Shown here: positions 50,801 to 61,300 of the stretch, piece after piece
How the letters are laid out: every line of letters starts with the position of its first letter
How positions within the stretch are numbered: the stretch's first letter is position 1
Source of the DNA: Prevotella sp.
GTDB taxonomy: Bacteria; Bacteroidota; Bacteroidia; Bacteroidales; Bacteroidaceae
NCBI GenBank assembly: GCA_017444365.1
Contig: JAFSWU010000005.1
Span: forward strand, 2,500-66,499
DNA: 64,000 nucleotides
Direction of reading: 5' to 3'
Program-made: the position numbers and the translations under genes
The notes under the pieces: model-generated
Database searches by the model: none
What the model was told of the DNA's origin: nothing
What the model saw: only the letters and a program-made list of their open reading frames with translations

Positions 50801-51958
50801 CTGCGCCTCTGTTAGTTTGTTCCACTGGAAGAAAGCGGAATAGGCCACCGACATCGCCCAAAGAGAGCTTTCCCACACATGATCGCTGGTGGAGGTGCTT
50901 CCCCAGTAGCTGTTGCCTGCACATACCTTCAGCTTGTTTGCCTTATGGGTACTATAGGCAAAAACAAGCGATTTCATCGCCATTGTCTCAACGTCATCCC
51001 ACGTTACGCCAGCGGGTAATGTAACCTTTCCTTGACCATACTTCACCAAGAAAGCACAAATCATGGACAGGTCGGCGTTGGGGCGTACGCCCTGCTCATT
51101 GTTTCCCATGGTGTTCTCACCCTTGAAACAACCGCAAACCTCACCCACACTGTTCGGAGCAGCACAATCCTGGAAGTCGTTCTTCAAATAGGTGGCAAAG
51201 TTCGCCAGCATCTGCAACAGGTCAGCCTTCATCTCTGTCTCACCAACGAAGACGTTGTCGATCACTCCTTCCGTGAAGCTTTCCACGTCTTGCTCCGTAG
51301 GTTCCTCGGGTTCAACATAATCATCTGCCAACCGATACAGCCGCACGTTATCAATCATGATACACGAACCGCCAGAAAGCCAGTCTGTCGTTACACCTAC
51401 TGTCACTTGGCCGTCTTCTGCTTGTTCGAAAGGAACTTCCGAAGTTTTCCAGGGAGCAGAAACAAAAAAATCAGCACTACCTTGCATGAAAGGTACAGAG
51501 GCAGACGCTGTACCAGCAAACAGGCGGAACGAGGAAGCAGCACTGTTCGCATACGCTGAACGTATATCAGCGGTCAGTTTGTACTTACCCTTTGGCAGAT
51601 TTTCCAGAACCTGCTGTATCGTGGTAGCACCTGTTGACCAGCCCATACGAAGATAATAGGCCTGATTGCCATCAGCAAGGCTGGTCACCTTACCGAAATT
51701 GTTATCAGTATAGCAGGCGGCCGTGACAAGGAGTTTTGTCACATCCGTTCCTGAGATTGTCCATCCCGAGGGCTGATTGAGCGTATAGCCACGCAGCCCG
51801 TCGGCATTGTTTTCCACAGGTGAAAGCGATGCTGCTTCATCTGTTTCAAACGAAGGATTAATCATGTACTGTGTTGTCACGTCTTCCTGTGCCACAGCCG
51901 TTGAACATACCGTCAACAAAGCCGACACCACCCATGTACACATCTTTTTCATTTGCAT
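47873..51958 (-). CDS. Secreted protein: CBM-like module, uncharacterised helical plus beta domain (lyase-like?), CBM-like module, T9SS-like tail
   Basis: Signal peptide; DVTTQYMINPSF and DITPSVLLNPNF modules; core motifs GDTKAEENGWE, LQNHNYFHTSY, MPNGNDW. Confidence 0.7.
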   Translation of the reverse strand: MQMKKMCTWVVSALLTVCSTAVAQEDVTTQYMINPSFETDEAASLSPVENNADGLRGYTLNQPSGWTISGTDVTKLLVTAACYTDNNFGKVTSLADGNQAYYLRMGWSTGATTIQQVLENLPKGKYKLTADIRSAYANSAASSFRLFAGTASASVPFMQGSADFFVSAPWKTSEVPFEQAEDGQVTVGVTTDWLSGGSCIMIDNVRLYRLADDYVEPEEPTEQDVESFTEGVIDNVFVGETEMKADLLQMLANFATYLKNDFQDCAAPNSVGEVCGCFKGENTMGNNEQGVRPNADLSMICAFLVKYGQGKVTLPAGVTWDDVETMAMKSLVFAYSTHKANKLKVCAGNSYWGSTSTSDHVWESSLWAMSVAYSAFFQWNKLTEAQKGYIEKLLKAECNYELGRTIPTGYAGDTKAEENGWEADILAATLGLFPNDALASYWFKRLREFAINSYSHKDDAENQTVIDPDYDQTTIAQLYKGQNLYDDYTLQNHNYFHTSYQNVVMQELGEAALALKLFQTGLYGEEKWKTNALMHHNQEVQTEVLNWLALADGELAMPNGNDWSLFLYDQITSYTTNACFLRDADALMLENMAYKYIKARQKTTDDGSWLLRADVGARRMGVEAHRVMMTWLMHEVLSTADLAATEWAAFRDRHSEARKIETQNIVRAYTPDRFTTFSWSNGLKSYTGYIASDSPDKNKIIVPFRANNTGNFLGWYTVSGKGTNATPVVNGIYNLKGNAWTMNGELNTNDATLNNRFAIYSTPGNAVIYLDYVRALADVTISKEQGGLMAISTDEMTRQKRTLYYTAGDDSTIPDGVAEPMKHKQSDGSQLVKLETNWVNIDNELGIVARAGKQMAFGDRANNNSVMTSKIYPAYSDQSRTVSTGDVVGQRMVTYYSNISAGKTAELDGCVTDLNSQVPAGWGAVMVHDPDLSLHLLAVNFMSDQKCVLSGLRSSRIGADPVFEVPTTITSTGASIELSIEQNHAAGLSTHFFVNRGSGLFKAFVSKDNSQQMFITAIEGGKIEIGYVADMAQNTGVGSGELTLRTGETLKLTYEGGELRIEEVETFPEEQKEDLTEGYEDITPSVLLNPNFEEDETYGNATGNVTLGSVTYNPCYVNNVAAANAKWPNVLPVQGWTGSNGLQGGSKFCRMYSMPYSLTMYCVSPSNVGNYAAQTGRMIADEGVGERTLTVLNSWDSGTNAITQNASLTAGDYRVLLDMKYECPNQTANNGRVVNTSGGNVNTSLTGVKIGTVTDYRYPSAPNTWEQMVYDFTLDEAKDVTISLGFQTSQSQGAANNTLLYIDNVRILKKVPTGITDETLRHDDRTGMRNGAVYDIQGRRVHPSFLSKGVYVAKGQKFVKK

Positions 51959-52068
51959 TTGAAGTTAGTAATTTGATTTTGCCACAAAAATAATCATTTT
52001 TTAGATAACGAACAAATATGAAAGAAAAAAATTGTATCTTTGCAAACAGAAAACGAAAGAACAGAAGT

Positions 52069-53016
52069 ATGAGAAAAGTATTTGGAATCGGCGAGACTGT
52101 GCTCGACATCATTTTTCGGAACAACCAGCCCATTGGAGCCTATCCCGGTGGTTCCACCTTTAATGCAATCATCTCCTTAGGCCGCTCAGGGGTGGATACC
52201 ACGTTTATCAGTGAGACCGGTGCCGACCGGGTTGGTGACAGCATCATCGCCTTCCTGCAAGAGAATGGTGTGAACGCTGAGAATGTACGCCAATACCCTG
52301 GCACGAAATCGCCGTTGTCATTAGCATTTCTCAATGAGCAGAACGACGCAGAGTATGTGTTTTATAAAGACCATCCAAACGACCAGATTGAATTTGAATA
52401 TCCCAAGGTAAATCCCGATGATATCGTGCTTTTTGGTTCGTACTACGCCTTGAATCCCGTTATCCGCCAACAGGTATATGGGTTCCTTCACTATGCTCAT
52501 GAACAGGGTGCCATTCTCTACTATGACATCAATTTCCGCGCTGCCCATGCCAATGAAGCAGTGAAACTGCGCTCCAACTTGTTGGACAACCTGGAACTTT
52601 CCACCATCGTAAGAGGAAGCCATGAGGATTTCCAAGTGTTGTATAAGAAAGATGACCCCGATGTGCTCTACCGACAGGAGATTTCCTTCTACTGCAAGAA
52701 TTTCATCTGTACACGCGGCGAGGCTCCTATTGCCCTTCGCGCACAAGGGAACCTTTCCCGTAGCTACGATGTGGAGAAGGTGGAAGCCGTCAGCACCATA
52801 GGAGCGGGAGATAATTTCAATGCCGGATTTATTTTCGGACTAATCAGAGAGAACATTTCCCTGATGCAACTGAGAGAAGGTATCACCCCCGAGCAATGGG
52901 ACCGCCTCATTGCCTACGGCCAACATTTTTCTGCTGCCTGTTGCAAAAGCATCTTCAACTACATCTCTCCGGAAGAGGGAGAAAGGTTGAAAGAAAAAAA
53001 CAACGAAGATTTTTAA
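52069..53016 (+). CDS. PfkB-family carbohydrate kinase
   Basis: GIGETVLD, PGGSTFN, YDINFR, STIGAGDNFNAG. Confidence 0.92.
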   Translation: MRKVFGIGETVLDIIFRNNQPIGAYPGGSTFNAIISLGRSGVDTTFISETGADRVGDSIIAFLQENGVNAENVRQYPGTKSPLSLAFLNEQNDAEYVFYKDHPNDQIEFEYPKVNPDDIVLFGSYYALNPVIRQQVYGFLHYAHEQGAILYYDINFRAAHANEAVKLRSNLLDNLELSTIVRGSHEDFQVLYKKDDPDVLYRQEISFYCKNFICTRGEAPIALRAQGNLSRSYDVEKVEAVSTIGAGDNFNAGFIFGLIRENISLMQLREGITPEQWDRLIAYGQHFSAACCKSIFNYISPEEGERLKEKNNEDF

Positions 53017-53027
53017 ACCTCAACGAT

Positions 53028-54242
53028 ATGAAGATTACCGAAAGAATTTATTATGTTGGAGTCAACGACCGTAACAAGACACTCTTCGAAGGTCTATGGC
53101 CATTGCCCAACGGAGTAAGCTACAACTCCTACCTCATCGACGACGAGAAGGTATGCCTGATTGATACGGTGGAATCGGACTTTTTCACCCAATTCATCGA
53201 GAACATCCGTGAAGTTATTGGCGACCGCCCCATTGACTATCTGGTCATTAACCACATGGAACCCGACCACAGCGGCTCCATCGCACTTATCAAAAAGTAT
53301 TACCCGTACATTCAGATTATCGGTAATACGAAGACATTTAACATGATGAATGGATTCTATGGCATCCAGGAAGGAACCATAGAGGTTAAAAACGCAGGTT
53401 CCATCGAGCTTGGACAACTCCGCCTTGACTTCGTGATGACACCGATGGTACACTGGCCCGAGACCATGGTGACCATCTGTGGAAATGCCAACGAAGCTAT
53501 GAGCGAGGGCGCAAAGACGCTCTTTTCCGGCGATGCTTTCGGCTGTTTTGGAGCACTGAACGGCGGTATCATTGACACAGAAATCAATTGCGACACCTTC
53601 TGGTTAGAGATGGTACGCTACTACAGCAACATCGTAGGAAAGTACGGAACACCCGTTCAGCAGGCACTCAAGAAGCTTGCCGGTGTTAAACTGGACTACA
53701 TCTGCGCTACCCATGGTCCTGTGTGGCACGAATATATTCATAAGGTGGTAGATCTCTACGACCGTATGAGCCGTTACGAGACAGAGCCAGGACTGGTCAT
53801 CTGCTACGGAACCATGTATGGGAATACGGAGCGTATGGCGGAACATATTGCCCGTGCAGCCAGCAAAGCCGGTGTCAAGAACATTGTTGTCTATAACGTT
53901 TCCAAGACCCATCACTCCTACATCCTTCGCGACATCTTCCGCTATCGCGGTCTCATTGTGGGAGCCCCGACCTACAACACCGCTCTTTATCATGAGATGG
54001 ATGTACTGCTAAGCGAGATTGCAGGCAAGGACATCAAGGGCAATCACCTCTTTGGCTGGTTCGGGTCTCACAGCTGGGCATCAAAGGCCGTTGACGCCAT
54101 CCAGAAATGGAACGAGGAGCGTCTGCACTTTGAACCTGTCGGCGAACCCGTTGACATGAAACAAGGGCTCACGCCCGAGGTTCGCCAGCAATGCGAAGCC
54201 TTAGGCCGAGCCATGGCAGAGAAGCTCAGTCAACTCTCCTAA
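53028..54242 (+). CDS. fprA: FprA-family flavodiiron protein
   Basis: GVSYNSYLI, NHMEPDHSG, VHWPET, SGDAFG, HGPVW, flavodoxin motif TMYGNTE. Confidence 0.92.
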   Translation: MKITERIYYVGVNDRNKTLFEGLWPLPNGVSYNSYLIDDEKVCLIDTVESDFFTQFIENIREVIGDRPIDYLVINHMEPDHSGSIALIKKYYPYIQIIGNTKTFNMMNGFYGIQEGTIEVKNAGSIELGQLRLDFVMTPMVHWPETMVTICGNANEAMSEGAKTLFSGDAFGCFGALNGGIIDTEINCDTFWLEMVRYYSNIVGKYGTPVQQALKKLAGVKLDYICATHGPVWHEYIHKVVDLYDRMSRYETEPGLVICYGTMYGNTERMAEHIARAASKAGVKNIVVYNVSKTHHSYILRDIFRYRGLIVGAPTYNTALYHEMDVLLSEIAGKDIKGNHLFGWFGSHSWASKAVDAIQKWNEERLHFEPVGEPVDMKQGLTPEVRQQCEALGRAMAEKLSQLS

Positions 54243-54743
54243 CGACTTTGCCGTCTGGATGTAGTCGCGCCATTGTCCGCGAACCATCCCTCGGTTGGCA
54301 AGATCGTCGAGACAGGCTATGAGCGAATCCCAAAATCCGTTGACATTATAGAGTATCACCTTCTTCTGGTGATACCCTATAGTGTGGGATGCCGCCACAG
54401 TAAACACCTCATCGAGGGTTCCGATACCTCCAGGCAGTGCCACGATGACATCGCTATGTTCGAGCAGCAAGTCTTTTCGGTCGGAAAGATGGTCGCAAGG
54501 AATGTGTACATCAACGTACTGCGAAGTACGACCGCCTTTCTCAATGATACTTGGGATAACACCAATGGTCTTTCCACCGGCCTCATGTATCGCCTTTGCC
54601 ACACACTCCATCAATCCCATATTACAGCCGCCGAACACGATGGAATGGCCGTTATTGGCAATCCATCGCCCCAGTTCCTCCGTTTTCTCAAAGTAAACAG
54701 GGGCGATGTTGCTGTTAGCAGAACAGAATATTCCTATCTTCAT
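54201..54743 (-). CDS. LOG-family Rossmann-fold protein
   Basis: IGIFCSA, VFGG..MGLM, RKD, ALPGGIGTLDE, NVNGFW. Confidence 0.92.
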   Translation of the reverse strand: MKIGIFCSANSNIAPVYFEKTEELGRWIANNGHSIVFGGCNMGLMECVAKAIHEAGGKTIGVIPSIIEKGGRTSQYVDVHIPCDHLSDRKDLLLEHSDVIVALPGGIGTLDEVFTVAASHTIGYHQKKVILYNVNGFWDSLIACLDDLANRGMVRGQWRDYIQTAKSLGELTELLCHGSA

Positions 54744-54756
54744 GACAAATTCATCA

Positions 54757-57700
54757 TCACTTAATCACGACCTTGTTGCCATTGAGGATATAAAGACCTT
54801 TCTGCAGTTGACGATGACCGATGTTCCGACCACTCAAGTCGTAAACTTTACCATTGTGCTCTTTCGTGAAACGTGTGGCCTCACTGATTCCATCCGTCGT
54901 AGCTTTTTCAATATTCCAGCAGAAGACAGGAATGGTGGAAGTGTAGGCGAGGGCTCCGTTCTCCACTGCATACCACCCGTTATAGTTATCTTTGGCAAGG
55001 TCGATGTTGGTGGAGCGGATGGCATAGAGCTTCGTGATGGCATGCTGATAGATGGGGTGGATAGAACTCTTACCCGTGGCAGTTTTAGCGATTAAGTACT
55101 TGTTTCGAATATATAACTCCCGAAAAGGGTTGAAGAGTGTATAGACGTTTCCATCGGTATCGAAAGCCGGTTCAGCAGAAGTGCTTGGAAAGGTTGAAGC
55201 AGGAAGGGACGTGATTGTCCAGATGGTTCCATCCAAATCCTTGTCAGCAACCAGCTCCGCTTTCTTGGTAGTAGCCATGGCGAGGAAGCGGTCTCCCTCG
55301 TCAGTGGCTGAATAAATATAATAGTCTCCTGTCTCAATGTCGTTCACTCTGACAGCAGAGGTCTTGCCATTGGCAACCAATTGGTAGATGCCTCCAGCCA
55401 CCGTCGGGAAAGAAATCTCATTGTCGTTGATAATGGTGAAATTCACGGCTTGCCCGTCACCGTCGGTGATGTCGAATCCGAAGGCAGCATCCCTGTACTT
55501 GATGACGGCAGTCTTTCCAGCATTGGAGGTAATGGAGACATTGGTAACCTTACCTTCACGCCATGCAATATCGACAACAAAGTTACCAATGGCACAGAGT
55601 CCTTTCACGTTGCCTTCCGACCATACAGACGGCAGGGCGGGCAGGAGTTCGAGCTTGTCCTGATGGCTCTGTAGCAGCATCTCCGCCATACCAGCGGTGG
55701 CACCGAAGTTACCGTCGATCTGATAGGGTGTGTGGGCATCCCACAGGTTCTCATAGACACCTCCGCCCTGGCTGTTGCCTGTGTTGGACTGGATGTGCAG
55801 GGCCGTTGCAATCAGACTCTGACAGCGGTCACCGTCCTTGGCACGGGCGTGGCAGTTGATCTTCCAGCCCATCGACCAACCCGTACCCTCGTAGCCACGG
55901 GCATTGAGGGAATTGATAGCAGCCTTATAGATGGCGGGATCTGCATCTTCGGCAATCTGTGTACCAGGATAGAGTCCCATCAAGTGTGACAGGTGACGGT
56001 GGTTGCTGTAGGAGCTGACACTGTTCTGAGAGGTATATTTCCACTCGCGCAGGAGTGTCTGCCCTTTCACCACCTCCGTGGCTGTACCCTTGTCGAGTTT
56101 GGCGAACTTGTTCTGCAGGTCGGTGAGGAATGCCTCGTCGTCGGTGATATTCAGAGCCTCGTATGCCTGTAGCGTGTTATTGAACAGGTCCCAAACGAGC
56201 TGTTGAGAGTGTGCTGTGGCATTCTCAGAACCGGGACCATGCTCGGGCGAGTATTCTTTGGGACACTCGTAGGTGCCGTCCTTGGCAAGCACCAGTCGCT
56301 CCAACCAATATTCGCAGCAAGAGCGCATGGCTGGCAAAGCGATATCACGCAGGTAGTCAGTATCGAGCGTATAGCGGTAGTGCTGCCACAGGTGCATGCA
56401 GTACCAGGCGTTGGCGATGGTGTAGTTCTGCATCCAATTGGAGCCCGAACCATAGATATTGTTCTCTGTGGTCAGCGTCCATCCCTTGGTCTGCCCGGCG
56501 ATTTGTTGGGCGTTCTTGCGCCATTGTGAGCGGTCGCAAGCCTCTCGCTTGATGTAGTTGAGGAACGGCATGTGCAGTTCGCTGAGGTTCGTCACCTCGG
56601 CCGGCCAATAGTTCATCTGCACATTGATGTTCGAGTGGATATCGGAGTTCCAGGCTGGCGAGTTGTTGTCGTTCCAGATACCTTGGAGGTTGCTGGGCAG
56701 ATCGACACCACGGCTACAGCCAATCATCAGATAGCGGCCATAGCAGAAATACATTTCCTCCAACAGGAGATTATTAGCGTTGTTGGATGCGAAGTTGCTG
56801 ATAAGCTGTGGGGTGGGAACCGTGTTGGCAGCCGATGTGATGTTCAGCGCGCAACGGTCGTAGAGCGACTTGTAGTCAGCCACATGGTCGGCGAGAATGC
56901 TTTCGTAGCCTTTGCTGACGGCGGCTGCAACGGGTTGCTGAACGTTAGCCGGCAACTGCTCAGCCGGGTAGATGTAATCGTCGTTGTCGGGTGAGAAATT
57001 CGTAGCACCAAAGAGATAGATGACCATCTCATCGGCCTCGCTCACGTTGATACCACTTTCATTGGCGGTAATGGTACCACCCGTGGCAACCACCTTCATC
57101 TGACAATAGTAGGATTCGTTGTTTGCGGTGCCCGTGCGCTTCATGGTTCCGCTGAAGACAGCCTCGCCAACGCCATCGGTGACCGTGTAAGTAGATTGCA
57201 CACCGTTCTGATTGAACAGAATCAGGTTGTCACTGATTTTCCCGTTTTCTGATGCAGAATAGCGAATAGCAATCACCTTGTCGGGATTGGAGCAGATGTA
57301 CTCACGGCTGTAGTCAACGCCGTTGGCAGTATAGGCAACACCCGCACGCGCCTCGTCAATGTCGAGCCAGCGACGGTAGTTGGTGGCTTTGGTCACCGAG
57401 GCATCAGTAGAGGTTATATAGAGATTGCCAAAATTCTGATAGGCTCCGTATGAGCCATTACCGACAACACTTCCCAGATGTCCCCACCAGAGGGTTTTAT
57501 CGTTGAACTGCACCTCGTCGCGCTTCACACCACCCATGATACAGCCACCGAACTGCCCGTTACCGATGGGCAGCGTGCTGGTCATCCAGACGGTGGCCGG
57601 ACGAGTGTACCAAAGGGTGTGCTTGTTCTCGGGAGTCCATGTGGTGGTTCCAGACAGCGACACCTCGCCGACACCCGAGGGCTTTACATCCTTGAACAGC

Positions 57701-58218
57701 ATGGCACCCTCGGGGATAAACTGCAGCGGATTATTCACGTCGCCTTTGAGATAAAGCCCCAGCTCTTTGCCGATGCCTGCTCCGCCCCACTGATTCAGGT
57801 AGGCATAGTCATCGGTCTTCTGGTCGGCATAGATTTCATAGCCTTGATAGGTACCATTCGTGGTAGAAACAATTCGGAAAGAGGTATAGCCCGAGGATGG
57901 ACTTGCCGCCGTCATGAACTTCCCGGCACCGGTATCATAGTACATCACCTGCCCGGCGGGAGTCTCCATCCGATAGTGGTTGGCGGAAGCAGAAAGAATC
58001 TTCCACACCTGCACGTTGCGCCGTGCCTTCTGCGGCTCAGCAGTAATTAGGTTGCTTCCTTCACCTTGCGATGCCAAAACACCTTCTCCGTTCTGCATCT
58101 GGATATAGTACCACACCTCGTTTCCGTCGGTGCTTACCGTTGGAAATGCCGTGTCGGCAAAGGTAGTCAAGGCAACCCATGCCATAGCTAATAAAGTAAA
58201 AATCCGTTTCATAATCAT
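54757..58218 (-). CDS. GH95 alpha-L-fucosidase-like enzyme, secreted
   Basis: LPIGNG, YGRYLMI, PSNLQGIWN, HSNINVQMNYWPAE, SPEHG, HRHLSHL, YQIDGNFGATAGMAEMLLQS; T9SS-like tail. Confidence 0.94.
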   Translation of the reverse strand: MIMKRIFTLLAMAWVALTTFADTAFPTVSTDGNEVWYYIQMQNGEGVLASQGEGSNLITAEPQKARRNVQVWKILSASANHYRMETPAGQVMYYDTGAGKFMTAASPSSGYTSFRIVSTTNGTYQGYEIYADQKTDDYAYLNQWGGAGIGKELGLYLKGDVNNPLQFIPEGAMLFKDVKPSGVGEVSLSGTTTWTPENKHTLWYTRPATVWMTSTLPIGNGQFGGCIMGGVKRDEVQFNDKTLWWGHLGSVVGNGSYGAYQNFGNLYITSTDASVTKATNYRRWLDIDEARAGVAYTANGVDYSREYICSNPDKVIAIRYSASENGKISDNLILFNQNGVQSTYTVTDGVGEAVFSGTMKRTGTANNESYYCQMKVVATGGTITANESGINVSEADEMVIYLFGATNFSPDNDDYIYPAEQLPANVQQPVAAAVSKGYESILADHVADYKSLYDRCALNITSAANTVPTPQLISNFASNNANNLLLEEMYFCYGRYLMIGCSRGVDLPSNLQGIWNDNNSPAWNSDIHSNINVQMNYWPAEVTNLSELHMPFLNYIKREACDRSQWRKNAQQIAGQTKGWTLTTENNIYGSGSNWMQNYTIANAWYCMHLWQHYRYTLDTDYLRDIALPAMRSCCEYWLERLVLAKDGTYECPKEYSPEHGPGSENATAHSQQLVWDLFNNTLQAYEALNITDDEAFLTDLQNKFAKLDKGTATEVVKGQTLLREWKYTSQNSVSSYSNHRHLSHLMGLYPGTQIAEDADPAIYKAAINSLNARGYEGTGWSMGWKINCHARAKDGDRCQSLIATALHIQSNTGNSQGGGVYENLWDAHTPYQIDGNFGATAGMAEMLLQSHQDKLELLPALPSVWSEGNVKGLCAIGNFVVDIAWREGKVTNVSITSNAGKTAVIKYRDAAFGFDITDGDGQAVNFTIINDNEISFPTVAGGIYQLVANGKTSAVRVNDIETGDYYIYSATDEGDRFLAMATTKKAELVADKDLDGTIWTITSLPASTFPSTSAEPAFDTDGNVYTLFNPFRELYIRNKYLIAKTATGKSSIHPIYQHAITKLYAIRSTNIDLAKDNYNGWYAVENGALAYTSTIPVFCWNIEKATTDGISEATRFTKEHNGKVYDLSGRNIGHRQLQKGLYILNGNKVVIK

Positions 58219-58291
58219 CTGTAGTTTAGGTTATTTGCGACAAAGATACAAAAAAGTTGAGAGAAAGAAATGAGAGATGAGAGTTTTTTTC

Positions 58292-58330
58292 AAAAAAAGT
58301 CCCCGCCTCCTTCTTTGGAGACAGGGACTT
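58292..58330 (-). terminator. Intrinsic terminator
   Basis: Minus strand aagtccctgtctcc-aaagaa-ggaggcggggactt followed by a T-run. Confidence 0.75.
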
Positions 58331-58348
58331 GATGTTCAAGTATTCACT

Positions 58349-58380
58349 TTCCTCCCCCGAGAGGGGCAGGGTGTGGGTTG
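58349..58380. repeat. Degenerate solo copy of the REP-like palindrome
   Basis: ttcctcccccgagaggggcagggtgtgggttg resembles 33072-33102. Confidence 0.5.
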
Positions 58381-58383
58381 TTT

Positions 58384-61300
58384 TTACTTAATCACGACCT
58401 TCTTGCCATTCACAATGTACATACCACGTGTCGGGTTCTGTACCTTGCGACCGCTGAGGTCATAAACAGCAGCGTTCTTGAAGGCTTCGCCATTGTTGCG
58501 GATGCCATTGATGCCTGTTGTTTCTGGATCAACGAGCACTGCCCAAGAGGTGAAGCTCATCCACTGGTACTGTGCAGAAGCATTACCAGCGAAGGTGATG
58601 GTAGCTTCGCCATCCTCAGCGAGTGTGAAGGGAACGAAGATCCACTCCCAACCGCGACCATTGCCGTTGTTGGCGTATGTAGCGTCGGCAGCGAAGGTGA
58701 AGTTACCCTCGGTATCGATACCGAAGCCAGCGTCGTTCTTGTTCGGGAAGTTCACACGAACTTCATCCTCACCAACAGCAACACTTGCGTAAGCATTGGC
58801 AGCAACAGAGCTACGGGCAGCAACCTTCAGCACATATGAACCCTTCGGCAGGGTAACAGTCTGAGTGCGGCTTGCACTCCAAGAAGTGCTACCCCAACCT
58901 TCCTTCTGCTCCATATAACTGGTTGTAGAAGTACCGTCGTAGTGCTGTCCACGGTTGTCTCCGATGTTTACATCAGTCCAGTCACCCAGATTGTCGGAAA
59001 CATTAGAGGTGTAGTTTTCAGCCACGATGTCATAGACCTGAGTCTTATACTTCACAGCATCCTCAACAGCCTTGGCAGCACTGTATGTTGCATCTTCGCC
59101 AATAGCAGCGAGTTCAGCATCCTTGTCAACACCGAAGAGAGCGGCGTAATCCAAAGCACCCATCAGCTGGTCGTAGCTGGGAGCAGAAGCCTTCCAAGCT
59201 GCGAAAGCAGTGTTGATAGCCTCGATGGCAGCCTCGTAACCCTCGCGGGTAGTGGGCTCCTCTGCGGGAAGGACTTCGCGCAGGGCAGCAGTCTCTACAC
59301 CATTACCGAGGATGTTCTGATAAGCCTCGTCGGTGATAGCCTCATAGACAGAGGCCACAGCATCCTCATACTGTTTGCGTATGCCTTCGAGGATGTCGTT
59401 GATCTTCTCCAGTTTGAAGCTCTGCCATACAGTCCAGTGGTCGCCGGTGGTGTCATCGGTGGTCAGACCAATGGTGTGGTCGCCAGCCTCTTCTGTTTTG
59501 AAGAAGATTTCGTTGATGCCATTTCCTTCTGCGAACCATGCGGCGGCCTGTGCTCTATTGTTAACAGGAGGATTGCCAACACCAGCGATTTCGGTCTTGT
59601 TTTCGTCAACATAGACGTAGCCCTTCATACCTGTGCGCTGGAGTGCGACAACCGTCAGTTTATAGTCGCCTGCGGGCAAGGTGATTGTCTGATGGAATCC
59701 TACGGCAGCCTTGTTCCAGTATTCACTTACACCATTCGAAGAGTCTCCAAATGTCTCACCTTCCCAGCCATAAGGCAGCGACTTGTGAGCGATGGGGCTC
59801 GGATTAGTAATGTAGTACTCGGAAACGTCTATCGGGTCGATTGCGTGGATAGCAGCGAAGAAGGTGCGTCCGATAGCAAGTACCTGCTCAATGGCTTCAT
59901 TCACCTGATCAACACTTGTGTATTCGGCACCCTTCACAGCAGCAAGAGCTTCGGTAGCAGTGGCAGCAGCTGTTCCGCTTTCGTCGGTATAGCTGTCGGT
60001 AGCAGCGATGGTTGTCTCAAGAGAGGCAACAAGGCTATTGAGCTTGCTCTGATCTATATAAAGGGTAACATCCCAGTCATAGGCAGGTTCGAGAGAATAG
60101 CCGGCCTCAGGCATTTCTGCTCCGTCAAGGATAGCCCAGTAAGTGTTGGCACCCCAGTTCTCGCTGTTAGCATTGGTGGCGCGTACTGCATACTTACCAT
60201 CCTTCAAGAAGAACACCTGACGTTCCCAATTATTGCGATTCTGGTCGTTCTGTGTATGGATGTGTCCATCATTCTGCACTTCTCCAGTGGAGCCGTTGCT
60301 CAAGGTGGGATTCGTGAACTTGCAGTTCAAGTTCCATCCTGTAGCATATAATGTTCCATCGGCGTTGACAGCGTTGAATGTAAATGTGGTAGCCTGGCTC
60401 TCGTTATCGGTCAAGTATCCGTCCGACTTGAGATAATAGGTTTCGCCCTTCATGGAAACAGAGATGCGGTAGGTCTTGCCATCTTCGAGGGCAGCGAGAG
60501 CTGCTTCGTATGCAAGTTCCTCTTCGCTCTTTGGCTCAACGTACTCAACAAGCTCAACCTTATTGACTGTGAGGTTCTTACCCTTGATGTGGATGAACTC
60601 ACGTACGGCAGCTGCAATGAGAGCGCGTGCCTCAGCAGGCTCTTCTTCAGCGCCTGTGCCAAGGATAGCGGCAATCTGCTCCTCGGTAAGTGCGAACTCA
60701 ACCTCTGTCTGTTCGGCAGCAACCGTCTGTGTCAGACCATCGATAGCGGCATTGTTCTTGTCATAGATAGCAATCTGAGCTTCTTCGCCTACCTCGGCAA
60801 CCGTCACCTTAATGACATCCTGAGCCTTGGCAATAGTGAAGTAGTCGGTAGCAATGTCAATGCTCTTGTCATCGTCAGCACCGAAGGTGGTCTCCTCGGT
60901 CGGGATTTCACCATACTCGGCAATGATGGGCTCCAGATAGCCGTTGGCAGTGTACTTCAGATTGAAGCTGCGCCATACCAGCCAGTGGTCGCCGTTCTCA
61001 GTGTCGGCGGTCAGACCAATCTCTACGTCACCAGCCTCAGCCAGCTCGAAGGGAAGTTCTACAACACCGTTTCCTTCGTTGAACCATGCATCAGCCTGAG
61101 TGCGGTTGTTCACGTCGTCACTTCCAACTGTAACGATCTCCTTGGTGTTCTCGTTGGCAGAGAGCGTAGCAACCATGTCGGTACGTGTCAGAGCCACAGC
61201 AGTCAGTGTGTAGTTACCAGCGGGCAGTCCAGCAAGGGTCTGTTTGATAGAAGCACCTGCGGCATTCCAGAACTCACCACAATTGGCTTGGAAGCTTGCG

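Noticed and set aside
58256-58283. Possible further heptamer array (gttgaga gaaagaa atgagag atgagag)
   Set aside because: Only two good units; too degenerate to call.
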